DNA from: an uncultured Clostridium sp.
GTDB lineage: Bacteria > Bacillota > Clostridia > Lachnospirales > Lachnospiraceae
NCBI GenBank assembly: GCA_900540335.1
Contig: UQFC01000001.1
Span: 14,178 to 78,177, forward strand
Length of the DNA stretch: 64,000 nt
Direction: 5' to 3'
Shown here: positions 52,232-61,973 of the stretch, one piece after another
Position numbering within the stretch: the first letter of the stretch is position 1
How the letters are laid out: every line of letters begins with the position of its first letter
Notes under the pieces: model-generated
What the model saw: the letters and a program-made list of their open reading frames with translations, nothing else
What the model was told of the DNA's origin: nothing
Databases searched by the model: none
Program-made: the position numbers and the translations under genes

Positions 52232-52666
52232 TTACTTACGATTTTCCCGCTTCTTTTCTGATTTAAAAATGAACAGCTTGCTGAACAGATAGTTAAGCAC
52301 CAGTGAAATGGCTGAAACCACAATCTTGCAGATAAAATCCTGGCGGATTCCCAGTCCGTCCACCAAAACAATCATGGCGATCATGGTAAAGACTCCGGTT
52401 GCTGCCCGGCAGATTACAAAAGGAACAAACTCGCTCCACACCTTCTTCGGATGAAGATCCAGGCTTCCAAAAACAAACAGCTTATTTGTTATAAAAGCAA
52501 ACAAAACTGCCGCGGCCCAGGACAGGGCTGTTGCAATCCGGTAATCCATGCCGCCCTGGCGCATATACCAGTAGCTGAGCCAGTCTACAAGCGTGGTCAG
52601 AACTCCAAAAAACAGATAGGAAACGGTTTCTCTGTTTACAAATTTTCTCCAAATTTTCTCTATCAT
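52232..52666 (-). CDS. gtrA: GtrA-family small membrane protein (polysaccharide-glycosylation flippase-like)
   Basis: The 144-aa ORF has 4 transmembrane segments and a GtrA-like fold. It lies 13 nt upstream of yfhO, a typical gtrA-yfhO pairing. Confidence 0.75.
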   Translation of the reverse strand: MIEKIWRKFVNRETVSYLFFGVLTTLVDWLSYWYMRQGGMDYRIATALSWAAAVLFAFITNKLFVFGSLDLHPKKVWSEFVPFVICRAATGVFTMIAMIVLVDGLGIRQDFICKIVVSAISLVLNYLFSKLFIFKSEKKRENRK

Positions 52667-52805
52667 ACCTTTTCTCCCTGCATGTAGTCTATTGTATTAT
52701 AGGGCAGGAAAAGCAAAAAGTAAAGGGAATGTACCTTGTAACTCCCTTTCTGATGTGGTAAAATATTTGTAGTAATTTTCGAAAATAAATACAAGGAGAA
52801 GTGCC

Positions 52806-53288
52806 ATGTTTGGATTTTTTAAAAAGAAAAGCGAACCAAAAGAATTAAAGGCCATGGTGAATGGCGAAGTGATTTCTGTTACTGAAGTAAAGGACGATGT
52901 TTTCTCCTCCTGTATGTTAGGCAAAGGCATTGCCATCCATCCCGCAGACGGCGTTGTAGTTGCACCTGTTGACGGAGAGATTTCCGTTACCATGGAGGGA
53001 ACCAACCATGCGGTAGGCATCCGCATTGCCGAGGGCTTTGACCTGCTGATTCACATTGGTCTTGATACGGTATCCTTAAACGGCGAAGGCTTCACCTCCC
53101 ATATTTCCATGGGACAGAAGGTAAAAGCCGGTGACAAGCTGATCACCTTTGACAAGGCTCTGGTGGAATCCAAAGGTCTGTGTGCCGATGTTATCCTGAT
53201 TGCACTGGACAATCCGGCTCTCCCGGCTCTGGACTTTAAAACCGGCATGACTGCTTCTGCCGGTGAAACTGTAGTAGCAACCTGGTAA
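52806..53288 (+). CDS. crr: PTS glucose-family EIIA component
   Basis: The 160-aa ORF has the EIIA-Glc fold with active-site His residues (GxAIxPxDGxxxAPxDG, HAVGIR, HIGLDTV). Confidence 0.88.
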   Translation: MFGFFKKKSEPKELKAMVNGEVISVTEVKDDVFSSCMLGKGIAIHPADGVVVAPVDGEISVTMEGTNHAVGIRIAEGFDLLIHIGLDTVSLNGEGFTSHISMGQKVKAGDKLITFDKALVESKGLCADVILIALDNPALPALDFKTGMTASAGETVVATW

Positions 53289-53342
53289 AGTTCGAAAAGA
53301 GGATGCCGTATGCGCATCCTCTTTTTCTCTATTCGTCTTAAT

Positions 53343-54650
53343 TTATACATATCCCAGAAGTCCCGGAAGCCACATGGACAGGGCCGGAATATAAGATACC
53401 ATCAAAAGAACAATAAAAATCGCTGCAAAATATGCCAGCAGAGGCCGGATTACCTCCTCGATCTTCGTCTTTCCCACCTTTACGCCGACAAACAGGGTCG
53501 TTCCCACAGGCGGAGTGATGGTTCCGATACACAGGTTAAAGATAATCATGATACCAAAGTGAATGGTATTCATTCCCAGCGCCTGACAAATCGGAAGGAA
53601 AATCGGTGTAAAAATCAGACAGGCCGGAGTCATGTCCATAAAGGTTCCCACAATCAGCAGAAGAATGTTAATAATGAAGAGAATCACATATCGATTGTCG
53701 CTGATTCCCAGCATAGCCTCAGACACCGCAGTCGGAATACCTGTAAATGCCATTACCCAGCTCATAATACTGGAAACGCCAATCAGGAAAATAATAATAC
53801 CTGTCATCTCTGCACTGTCCAGAAAGATTTTCGGCAGCTCAGACGGCTTGATAGATTTGTAAAAGAACACTGACAGCACCATGCTGTACACAACTGCTAC
53901 AACGCTTCCCTCTGTTGCTGTAAAAATACCGGAAATAATACCGCCGATTACTACAACAATCATAAACAGACAGGGAATTGCCTGGAGAAACACCTTCATT
54001 TTCTCGCTTAAAGTAAACTTCTTCGTACTGCGGTATCCTTTCTTTTTTGCAAAGATATAGATAACCACCATGCAGGCAAGACCCCAGAGAATACCGGGAA
54101 TGTAACCTGCCATGAAAAGAGCTGCCACAGAGGTTCCGCCGCTGACCAGAGAATAGGTAATCATAACATTACTGGGCGGAATCAGAAGTCCCGTGGGCGC
54201 TGTTGCAATATTGGCTGCTGCAGAGAAGGCTCTGTCATAGCCCTCCTCTTCCTCAATCGGTCCGATAATCGATCCCATAGCAGAGGCTGCTGCTGTACCG
54301 GAACCGGAGATTGCGCCGAAAAGCATATTGGCAACGGCATTGGTATGAGCCAGAGCGCCGGGAATGCTTCCCGTAAAGATTTTTGCAAAATTAATCAGGC
54401 GAATTGCAATTCCGCCCTTGTTCATCAGATTTCCTGCCAGAATAAAAAACGGAATGGCAAGAAGGCTGAATACGGAAATACCGGAAAAAATTCTCTGAGC
54501 GCCCGTAAGCACAGAAGCTCCCATATCCAGAACCGGAAGAATCGCTCCGATTGACGACACTGCCAGAGCCACTGCAATCGGTACACCGGCCAGCAGCATT
54601 ATTACAAGAAGCACTAAAATAATCAGCCCGCAGGCAACTGCGATTGTCAT
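53343..54650 (-). CDS. dctM: TRAP transporter large permease
   Basis: The 435-aa ORF has about 12 transmembrane segments and belongs to the DctM family. It overlaps dctQ by 4 nt. Confidence 0.9.
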   Translation of the reverse strand: MTIAVACGLIILVLLVIMLLAGVPIAVALAVSSIGAILPVLDMGASVLTGAQRIFSGISVFSLLAIPFFILAGNLMNKGGIAIRLINFAKIFTGSIPGALAHTNAVANMLFGAISGSGTAAASAMGSIIGPIEEEEGYDRAFSAAANIATAPTGLLIPPSNVMITYSLVSGGTSVAALFMAGYIPGILWGLACMVVIYIFAKKKGYRSTKKFTLSEKMKVFLQAIPCLFMIVVVIGGIISGIFTATEGSVVAVVYSMVLSVFFYKSIKPSELPKIFLDSAEMTGIIIFLIGVSSIMSWVMAFTGIPTAVSEAMLGISDNRYVILFIINILLLIVGTFMDMTPACLIFTPIFLPICQALGMNTIHFGIMIIFNLCIGTITPPVGTTLFVGVKVGKTKIEEVIRPLLAYFAAIFIVLLMVSYIPALSMWLPGLLGYV

Positions 54651-55150
54651 AATCTTACCTCCCCCTTCTCCTTAAATTCCATGTGGGCCACATCAATGGC
54701 ATTCATAATGCTGAAAATCATAATCAGCGCTCCTGTCACCGGCACAATCACATAGATATAGGCCATGGGCACCTGTAAAGAGGCGGTTTTCTGAATCATG
54801 GTCAATTTGGTAATTGCCATGCCGCCGTATACCATTACGACTGCTGCCAAAAGGAAAGAAAGAAGGTCAATTCCGATTTCCAGGTATTTTCTCGGCGCTC
54901 CTGTCAGCTGATCCGCCAGAAATCCCATTCTCATATGATCCCGTTTTCCAAAAACATAGGCTGATGCCAGCAGAGCCATCCAGGTAAAGGAATAGGTCAG
55001 AAGTTCCTCTGATACCGTACTCGGTTTATTAAAGAAATAGCGGGTTACAATCTGGTAGCTGCCAATCAGGGTCATAAACACAAACAACGCAATAATCACG
55101 ATTCCCAGACCCTTCATAATTCCTGCTTTTGCTTTATGCATCGCTTCCAT
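54647..55150 (-). CDS. dctQ: TRAP transporter small permease
   Basis: It has 4 transmembrane segments. I placed the start at the ATG at 55150, which follows AAAGGGGGGA. The ORF-track extension runs into dctP. Confidence 0.8.
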   Translation of the reverse strand: MEAMHKAKAGIMKGLGIVIIALFVFMTLIGSYQIVTRYFFNKPSTVSEELLTYSFTWMALLASAYVFGKRDHMRMGFLADQLTGAPRKYLEIGIDLLSFLLAAVVMVYGGMAITKLTMIQKTASLQVPMAYIYVIVPVTGALIMIFSIMNAIDVAHMEFKEKGEVRL

Positions 55151-55151
55151 C

Positions 55152-56174
55152 CTATTCTCCCCCCTTTGCTTTCTGATTGAATTCCTGAATGTGATCATAA
55201 AAATCACGAATCTTTTCATTTTCCTGAAGCATGGTATCGTGAAGCGGAAGAACCTTCTGTTTAAATGCATCCACATCCACATCAATAAACTCCACGCCCA
55301 TGTCCTCTGCGGCAATCTGCTTCGCCTCTTCTATGCTCTTCTCCCATTCTTCCAGTTCTACCTCTGTAGAAAGAGCAGCCGCCTCCTTAAAGATCCGATA
55401 ATCCTCGTCACTCAGGCTGTTTAAGAATTTCAGATTGGCTACCAGCATGTCCGGAACCATCTGATGCTTATTGTAGGAATAATATTTGGCAACCTCGCCG
55501 TGCTTGTTATTGGTCAGAGCCAGCTCATTGTTCTCCGCTCCGTCAATGACGCCCTGCTGGATAGCCGTATATACTTCTCCGAAGCCCATGGGCGCAGCAG
55601 CCGCATCAAAGGCCTGTACCATGGCAACACTGGCCGGGCTCTGCTGTACACGGATTTTCTTGCCCTTCAGATCCTCAGGTGTCTGAATCGGACTCTTTCC
55701 GTAAAAATTACGGGTTCCTGCATTGTACCAGGTCACCACGCGGAAACCGGCCTCATCTGTGGACGCATAGATTTTTTCCATGTAGTCGGTATCCTGCATT
55801 ACTGCCTGATACACCTCTTCAGAATCAAACAGATACGGCATACTGAAAATCTCATACACATCAGCAAAAGTTTCCAGATTGGCTGTACCTGCCACTACAA
55901 AATCAATCGCTCCTGTCTGTGTCAGCTCAATGGCCTTCTGGGCAGAGCCCAGCAGCTCATTGGGGAAAATCTGAATCTCATACTTATCCCCAAGATTTTC
56001 TTCTACATACTCCTTAAAGGCCAGAAGCCCCAGATGCTCCGGGTGTGTCTCTGCCTGAGCATGAGAAATACGGACAATCCGCTTGCCGCCTGTCAGAGAA
56101 CCGCAGCCTGTCAGAGCCACTGCTGCGGCCCCACCGAGAGCAAGCGCCGCCAGCTTTTTCATCATTTTCCTCAC
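55152..56174 (-). CDS. dctP: TRAP transporter substrate-binding protein
   Basis: The 340-aa ORF has a lipoprotein-type signal peptide (LTGCGS) and the DctP family fold. Confidence 0.9.
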   Translation of the reverse strand: MRKMMKKLAALALGGAAAVALTGCGSLTGGKRIVRISHAQAETHPEHLGLLAFKEYVEENLGDKYEIQIFPNELLGSAQKAIELTQTGAIDFVVAGTANLETFADVYEIFSMPYLFDSEEVYQAVMQDTDYMEKIYASTDEAGFRVVTWYNAGTRNFYGKSPIQTPEDLKGKKIRVQQSPASVAMVQAFDAAAAPMGFGEVYTAIQQGVIDGAENNELALTNNKHGEVAKYYSYNKHQMVPDMLVANLKFLNSLSDEDYRIFKEAAALSTEVELEEWEKSIEEAKQIAAEDMGVEFIDVDVDAFKQKVLPLHDTMLQENEKIRDFYDHIQEFNQKAKGGE

Positions 56175-56307
56175 GTCACTACTTCCTTTCTGTATTCCTG
56201 TAAATTGTTTATGAAATCAGTATAAAGAAAGGAACGCCGGATTGATACCGTAAATATTTGACATGCAGGAAGAAAATTTTGTCATATTCTCTGCGCCTTC
56301 CGGGTCG

Positions 56308-56435
56308 GAAAATCAAGGTTTCCTCCACTTACCGGGCCTGAATTTCAAGGCTTCCTCCACACACCGATCCTGAATTTCAAGGCTGTCTCCACACACTGTC
56401 CCTGTATTTCAAGGCTGTCTCCACACACTGTCCCT
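56308..56435. repeat. Four tandem 32-bp direct repeats (GAATTTCAAGGCTGTCTCCACACACTGTCCCT consensus) in the dctPQM upstream region
   Basis: R1 is 56308-56339, R2 56340-56371, R3 56372-56403 and R4 56404-56435. R3 and R4 are 31/32 identical. R4 overlaps the last codons of the AraC-type response regulator. Confidence 0.85.
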
Positions 56436-57255
56436 GTACTCGGAAGGATTCATTCCCGTAATCCGTTTAAATACCTTGGCAAAATAATTTGCATCATAAT
56501 ACCCTACCAGCATACTGACCTCCCTGACACTGACACTCTTTTCCTGAAGAAGTCTCCTTGCCTCCTGAATCCGGAAACCAGTCAGATAGGCTGTAAAATT
56601 CTGGTCAAAACACTGCTTAAACAGCTTGCAGAAATAGGCATCGGAGTAATTCATCATCCGGGCCGCATCCTGCATGGAAATATCTCTCATATAATTTTTC
56701 CGGATATACCGCCGGATCTTCTCCGCCGCCTGTCCCAGACGATCCGGCTCCTCCATATCCGCCTCATCCTTAAACTCCTCTCCCTCAATCGCCTCCTGCC
56801 GGGACTCCCCGGCGCTTGTGTCCGTCCTGTTCAGCTCCTCAAACTGCCTTCTTCTCCGGAGTCGCCGCATGGCCTCCTCCATCACAGCAGTCAGCTCCTC
56901 CTCCTCGCATGGCTTCAGCAGATAATCCAGGGCATGAATGGCAATGGCCCGCTTGGCATAGGAAAATTCATCATAAGCAGTCAGGAAAATAATCTCTCAG
57001 CCCTCGTCCAGCCTTCGAATCTGCTCTGCCGCCTCCACACCGTTCATCTCCGGCATGGAGATGTCCATAATCACAATCTGGCAGCCCTCCTGAGAACAGA
57101 GCTTAATGGCTTCTGTCCCGTCCACGGCCTGCAAAATCACCAGACTTTCCCCGAACCGCTTCAAAAGCCTTCTGGCAAGCGCCATTCGCTCAATCTGCTC
57201 ATCATCAGCCAGCAGCACCTTGTAACTCTCTTTTTTATCATTTTCCTGATTCACT
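56409..57255 (-). pseudogene. YesN-like response regulator (CheY receiver + AraC HTH) interrupted by a single in-frame TGA
   Basis: The receiver ORF (56997-57311) and the AraC-HTH ORF (56409-56885) are in the same frame. They are separated only by a TGA at 56997-56999, inside the conserved ...RRLDEG*EIIFLTAYDEFSYA... block. The start is the GTG at 57253-57255, which follows GGAGGA and overlaps the histidine kinase stop. Confidence 0.75.
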
Positions 57256-58690
57256 GTTTTTCCTCCTTGTAATGCTCCGGCGTAAATGCCAGCTGCACAG
57301 CCGTTCCGCATCCCGGCCTGCTGTAAAGAAACATTTCTCCGTCCCGGTACATGGCATGAATTCGCCGGTAAATATTTCCGACTCCGATTCCCGTTCCCTG
57401 CTCATCGCCCTCTTTCAGCGCCTTTTTGATTGCCTCAAGCTTCTCTGTATCCATCCCTTCTCCCGTATCTGCCACGGATATCCACAACCGCCGCTTCTCC
57501 TTCCAGGCCCTTACCAGAATTTTTCCGCCCCGGCTTCTGGCAGAAAGACCGTGCTTAACCGCATTTTCCACCAAAGGCTGAAGCATAAACGAGGGAACCA
57601 GGATTTCCAGCGTTTCCGGAGAACAGTCTGTAAAATACTGAATCCTCTTCCCGAACCGCATCTGCTGCAGATACATATAGTCCTGCACAACGCGAAGCTC
57701 CCTTTCCAGCGGCATGACGGAAGCCGTTGATTTCAAATTATAGCGAAAGAGGCGGCTTAAAGCATGAATCATTTTTTCCGTTGCCGCCGCATCCTCAATC
57801 TGGGCAGTTCCCGCAATCATATTTAATGTATTAAACAGAAAATGCGGATTAATCTGACTTTTCAGCATCTGCAGGCGCACGGCCTCCAGCTGCCTTTCCT
57901 TTTCATGGTTCTCCTTCAACGCCTCTATGTAGCCGCTGGTGGCCGCCTTCATTTTATTAAAGGAGCGAATCAGAAGGCCGATCTCATCCTCCCCCTCTGA
58001 CTGAAGCTCCGGACCGGAAAAATCATTTCTTCCAATCCTCTCTGCCTCCCCCGCCAGCATCACCACCGGTTCCACAATCTTGCGGCGCACGGTTCTGTTT
58101 AACTGCCAGACCATCCAGAGGGCGCCCGCTCCCCAGAGAATACTGACTGCCGGAAGAATGGAAAACAAAAACCTGTTTCTCTCGTACTCTTCATTTCCGT
58201 CTGCCACAGTTATCTGCTCCAGCTGACCTGCCCGATCCTTCATATACATCTGAACCCGGTAGATTCGGTACAGCCGTTCCACATACTCCGGTTCCTGCCG
58301 ATCAGTATTTTCAAAAACTTTCAGTTCCTTTTCATACGTATCATACATATTCCGGATCGACCAGATTCGGGCATACCGCTTCTCCCCTGCCTCCCTGTAA
58401 TCAAAGGGAAGGGCCTCCAGACTTTCCCGGGTAGCTTCCCTTGCCTCCAGAAAGCGCTTCCGATCCTCCGGCATTGAGCTGCTGACATAGTGCTCAAAGG
58501 CCACACTTTCTTCATCTATGGCAGACCAGAAGGCCAGACTGCCTGCGTTATTTTCCAGAATCGATCCAAAACCGCCCAGGCCGAACCAGGTTACCAGAAG
58601 ATTGGCTCCCATGGAAACAAAAACAACTGCCCCGGCGCAGACAGCAATCCACTTTACCTTTTTTTCCAGTGAAAATCCTGTTTTCCCCAT
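57251..58690 (-). CDS. Sensor histidine kinase, YesM-like (2 TM, HAMP, His_kinase, HATPase_c)
   Basis: It has an H-box (LKSQINPHFLFNTL) and N/G boxes. I placed the start at the ATG at 58690, which follows AGGAGG. Confidence 0.85.
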   Translation of the reverse strand: MGKTGFSLEKKVKWIAVCAGAVVFVSMGANLLVTWFGLGGFGSILENNAGSLAFWSAIDEESVAFEHYVSSSMPEDRKRFLEAREATRESLEALPFDYREAGEKRYARIWSIRNMYDTYEKELKVFENTDRQEPEYVERLYRIYRVQMYMKDRAGQLEQITVADGNEEYERNRFLFSILPAVSILWGAGALWMVWQLNRTVRRKIVEPVVMLAGEAERIGRNDFSGPELQSEGEDEIGLLIRSFNKMKAATSGYIEALKENHEKERQLEAVRLQMLKSQINPHFLFNTLNMIAGTAQIEDAAATEKMIHALSRLFRYNLKSTASVMPLERELRVVQDYMYLQQMRFGKRIQYFTDCSPETLEILVPSFMLQPLVENAVKHGLSARSRGGKILVRAWKEKRRLWISVADTGEGMDTEKLEAIKKALKEGDEQGTGIGVGNIYRRIHAMYRDGEMFLYSRPGCGTAVQLAFTPEHYKEEKQ

Positions 58691-58942
58691 ATTCTTCCTC
58701 CTGTTGGCGTTCTGTTTCCTCTTGTTTTGCATAGTATAGCAGGTCGCAGTCCCCCTGAACAGTTTCCTTCCTTCTATATTAAGTATTCTTGACGGCTTCT
58801 TAACATAAAAATGCCTTTCCTGAAAGAAGAGATTCTTCATCCCTTCTTCCAGAAAAGGCATTCCTGTCATTTTCTTTATATTTTATTTTGCGTATTCTTC
58901 CGATCCTGCTCCCTGCTTTTCCGGAGCTTTCCTTTTCTCTGT

Positions 58943-60262
58943 TTACGCTTCTGCTTTTCCTTCTTCTGCTGCATTCTTCCTGTTTTCCAGAATCTTGTCA
59001 ATGCTGACAATCTTCACGCAGAGAGAGAACAGCTCCATAGCCAGCTCCAGATCTCCTAACGGCGGATAAGAGGGCGCAATTCTGATATTGCTGTCATGGG
59101 GATCCTTTCCATAAGGATAGGTTGCACCTGCACTTGTCATCACCAGTCCGGCCTTTTTGCAGCGGGCAACAATAGACTTGGCACAGCCGTCCAGAGAATC
59201 AAAGGAGATAAAATATCCGCCCTTGGGCTGTGTCCAGGTTCCAATATTCAGTCCGCCCAGCTCCTGCTCCAGAATCCGAATCACAGCCTCGAATTTGGGG
59301 CGCATTACATTTGCATGAAGACGCATATGCTCTACCATGCCATGAATATCCTTGAAATAGCGGACATGGCGCAGCTGGTTTACCTTATCATGTCCAATGG
59401 TCTGGAACTTTAACTGCTTTTCAATATCCTCCAGGTTGTTGCGGGAAGCTGCAATAGCTGCAATTCCGGAACCCGGGAAGCTGATTTTTGATGTAGATGA
59501 GAATTTGTAAACCAAATCCGGATTTCCTGCGCGCTTACATTCAGCCAGAATCTCAATCAGATGATCCTGATCGTGATCATACAGATGATGCATTCCATAA
59601 GCATTATCCCAGTAAATACGGAAGTCCGGAGCTGCCGGCTTCAGCCGTGCCATACGGCGCACAGTCTCATCGGAATAGCTGTTTCCGGTAGGATTGGAAT
59701 ATTTGGGCACACACCAGATTCCCTTAATGCTCTCATCCTCAGCCACCATCTTTTCTACCAGATCCATGTCCGGACCGTTTCCAAGAAGGGGCACATTGAT
59801 CATCTCAATGCCAAAATACTCTGTAATTGCAAAATGGCGGTCATATCCCGGTACAGGACAGAGGAATTTTACCTTATCCAGCTTGCACCAGGGGGTGCTT
59901 CCCATCACGCCATGGGTCATGGAACGTGATACGGTATCAAACATAACATTCAGGCTGGAGTTCCCGTAAATAATAATATTCTCAGGGGATACCTCCATCA
60001 TATCTCCAATCAGCTCTTTTGCTTCCTTGATACCTGTCAGCACACCGTAGTTACGGCAGTCTGTGCCATCCTCACAGGTCAGGTCGTCATTGCTGCTCAG
60101 CACATCCATCATGCCCATAGACAGATCCAGCTGCTCAACGCTGGGCTTGCCGCGGGACATATCCAGTCTCAAATCCTTACCCTGATATTCCTTATACTGT
60201 GCAGACAGCTGCTTTCTGAGTGCCTGCAGTTCTTCATTGCTCATCTCTGCGTACGGCTGCAT
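58943..60262 (-). CDS. PLP-dependent aminotransferase (fold type I, class I/II)
   Basis: The roughly 440-aa ORF has a Lys-containing SxSK-type region (SSTSKISFPGSG). I placed the start at the ATG that follows AGGAGG, about 19 codons inside the ORF-track start. Confidence 0.7.
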   Translation of the reverse strand: MQPYAEMSNEELQALRKQLSAQYKEYQGKDLRLDMSRGKPSVEQLDLSMGMMDVLSSNDDLTCEDGTDCRNYGVLTGIKEAKELIGDMMEVSPENIIIYGNSSLNVMFDTVSRSMTHGVMGSTPWCKLDKVKFLCPVPGYDRHFAITEYFGIEMINVPLLGNGPDMDLVEKMVAEDESIKGIWCVPKYSNPTGNSYSDETVRRMARLKPAAPDFRIYWDNAYGMHHLYDHDQDHLIEILAECKRAGNPDLVYKFSSTSKISFPGSGIAAIAASRNNLEDIEKQLKFQTIGHDKVNQLRHVRYFKDIHGMVEHMRLHANVMRPKFEAVIRILEQELGGLNIGTWTQPKGGYFISFDSLDGCAKSIVARCKKAGLVMTSAGATYPYGKDPHDSNIRIAPSYPPLGDLELAMELFSLCVKIVSIDKILENRKNAAEEGKAEA

Positions 60263-60547
60263 CTTTTTCTTCCTCCTCATACGGGTTTCCACCTTCGTTC
60301 TCGTTATTCTTCTCGTCACCCTTTACATATATCAGGTTCAGTGTTTGATTTTACACGAAATTTTCCTGTTTTACAATCTATTTTTGAAAAAAAAGTGTTT
60401 TTCGTAAAAAAACATTTGTCCGTCTCTGTTTTACAAAGCGATTTTGGAATTTTTTCACAAAGGCACTCCGGACAAATTCTTTCCGCCTTCTATTGACACA
60501 TTTCTCAAAATTATAGTAGAATGTGCAGGAAAGAAAGGTGAGAAAAT

Positions 60548-61921
60548 ATGTCAAGTACAACTATGTCAAGGCAGCCGGAGCAAAACAAAATGGGAACCAT
60601 GCCCGTTAACCGGCTGCTTATTTCCATGTCTCTGCCCATGATTATTTCCATGCTGGTGCAGGCACTCTACAACATCATTGACAGCGTGTTCGTGGCGCAG
60701 ATCAGCGAGGCTGCTCTTGCAGCTGTATCCATGGCCTTCCCGGTTCAGAGCCTGATGATAGCGGTTTCCACCGGCACCTGTGTCGGCGTCAATGCTCTTC
60801 TGTCCCGCTCTCTCGGTGAAGGGAAACAGGAAGAAGCCCGTCTCGCTGCAGTAAATGGTATCTTCCTGGCAATTCTGGGGGCTTTGGCCTTCCTTCTGTT
60901 CGGACTTTTCGGAGCCCATACCTATTTTTCCAGCCAGACCTCGGATCCGCTTATTATTGAATACGGAACACAGTATCTGGAAATCTGTACGGTATTCTCC
61001 TTCGGAATCTTTGGAGAAATCATTCTGGAGCGAATCCTTCAGTCCACCGGCCGAACCATCTACAACATGTATTCCCAGGGCATCGGTGCTATTATTAACA
61101 TCGTTCTGGATCCCATTATGATATTCGGTCTGTTGGGATGTCCGGCCATGGGAATCAGCGGCGCTGCAGCTGCAACTGTCATCGGACAGATTATTGCCAT
61201 GTTCCTGGCTCTGTATTTCAATCTGAAAAAAAACCACGATGTCAGCATTAATATGCGTGGCTTCCGTCCTGACATGAGAATCATCCGGATTATTTACTCC
61301 GTCGGACTTCCGTCTATTATCATGCAGTCCATTACCTCTGTCATGACCTACGGAATGAACCTGATTCTTATCAGCTTTTCCGCTACTGCAGTAACCGTCC
61401 TTGGTATTTATTTCAAGCTTCAGAGTTTTATTTTTATGCCGATTTTCGGCCTGAACAATGGTATGATCCCGATTATCGCATACAATTACGGAGCCCGCAG
61501 CAAAAAAAGAATTATGGATACTGCCAAGCTGAGCATCGCCATTGCCATCAGCATTATGCTTCTGGGACTGGCTGTTTTCCAGGTGTTCACCCCTCAGCTC
61601 CTGATGCTTTTCAATGCGTCAGACAGCCTGCTGGAAATGGGAATTCCGGCTCTGCGCACCATCAGCCTCAGCTTCCTGTTTGCCGGCTACTGTATTATTA
61701 CAGGTTCTGTCTTCCAGGCCCTGGGAAACGGTGTGTACAGCCTGATTATCTCCGTGGCAAGACAGCTTCTCTGTATTCTTCCTCTGGCTTATGTATTCTC
61801 TCATGTCTGGGGACTGAACGCAGTATGGTTTGCCTTCCCCATGGCGGAGATTATTTCCACTCTGCTTACTTCAATTCTGTTTAAGCGGATTTATAACAAG
61901 AAAATCAGAATTTTGGAATAA
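60548..61921 (+). CDS. MATE-family efflux transporter
   Basis: The 457-aa ORF has 12 transmembrane segments and a MATE N-terminus (LPMIISMLVQALYNIIDSVFVAQ). Confidence 0.85.
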   Translation: MSSTTMSRQPEQNKMGTMPVNRLLISMSLPMIISMLVQALYNIIDSVFVAQISEAALAAVSMAFPVQSLMIAVSTGTCVGVNALLSRSLGEGKQEEARLAAVNGIFLAILGALAFLLFGLFGAHTYFSSQTSDPLIIEYGTQYLEICTVFSFGIFGEIILERILQSTGRTIYNMYSQGIGAIINIVLDPIMIFGLLGCPAMGISGAAAATVIGQIIAMFLALYFNLKKNHDVSINMRGFRPDMRIIRIIYSVGLPSIIMQSITSVMTYGMNLILISFSATAVTVLGIYFKLQSFIFMPIFGLNNGMIPIIAYNYGARSKKRIMDTAKLSIAIAISIMLLGLAVFQVFTPQLLMLFNASDSLLEMGIPALRTISLSFLFAGYCIITGSVFQALGNGVYSLIISVARQLLCILPLAYVFSHVWGLNAVWFAFPMAEIISTLLTSILFKRIYNKKIRILE

Positions 61922-61973
61922 TATGTAATAATTATATTATAAGAATAATCTGAAAATGCATGGAGGTTTTTAC

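Noticed and set aside
56997-56999. In-frame TGA in the response regulator as selenocysteine or alternative-code (code 4/25) recoding
   Set aside because: TGA terminates other genes in the window (the histidine kinase at 57251 and the receiver ORF itself). No SECIS-like hairpin follows. A Sec in a CheY receiver beta5 strand is implausible. A nonsense mutation or sequencing error is simpler.
61922-61973. yybP-ykoY Mn2+ riboswitch upstream of mntP
   Set aside because: The intergenic distance to the preceding MATE gene is only about 52 nt, which is too short for the roughly 100-nt riboswitch. mntP appears co-transcribed with the MATE gene.
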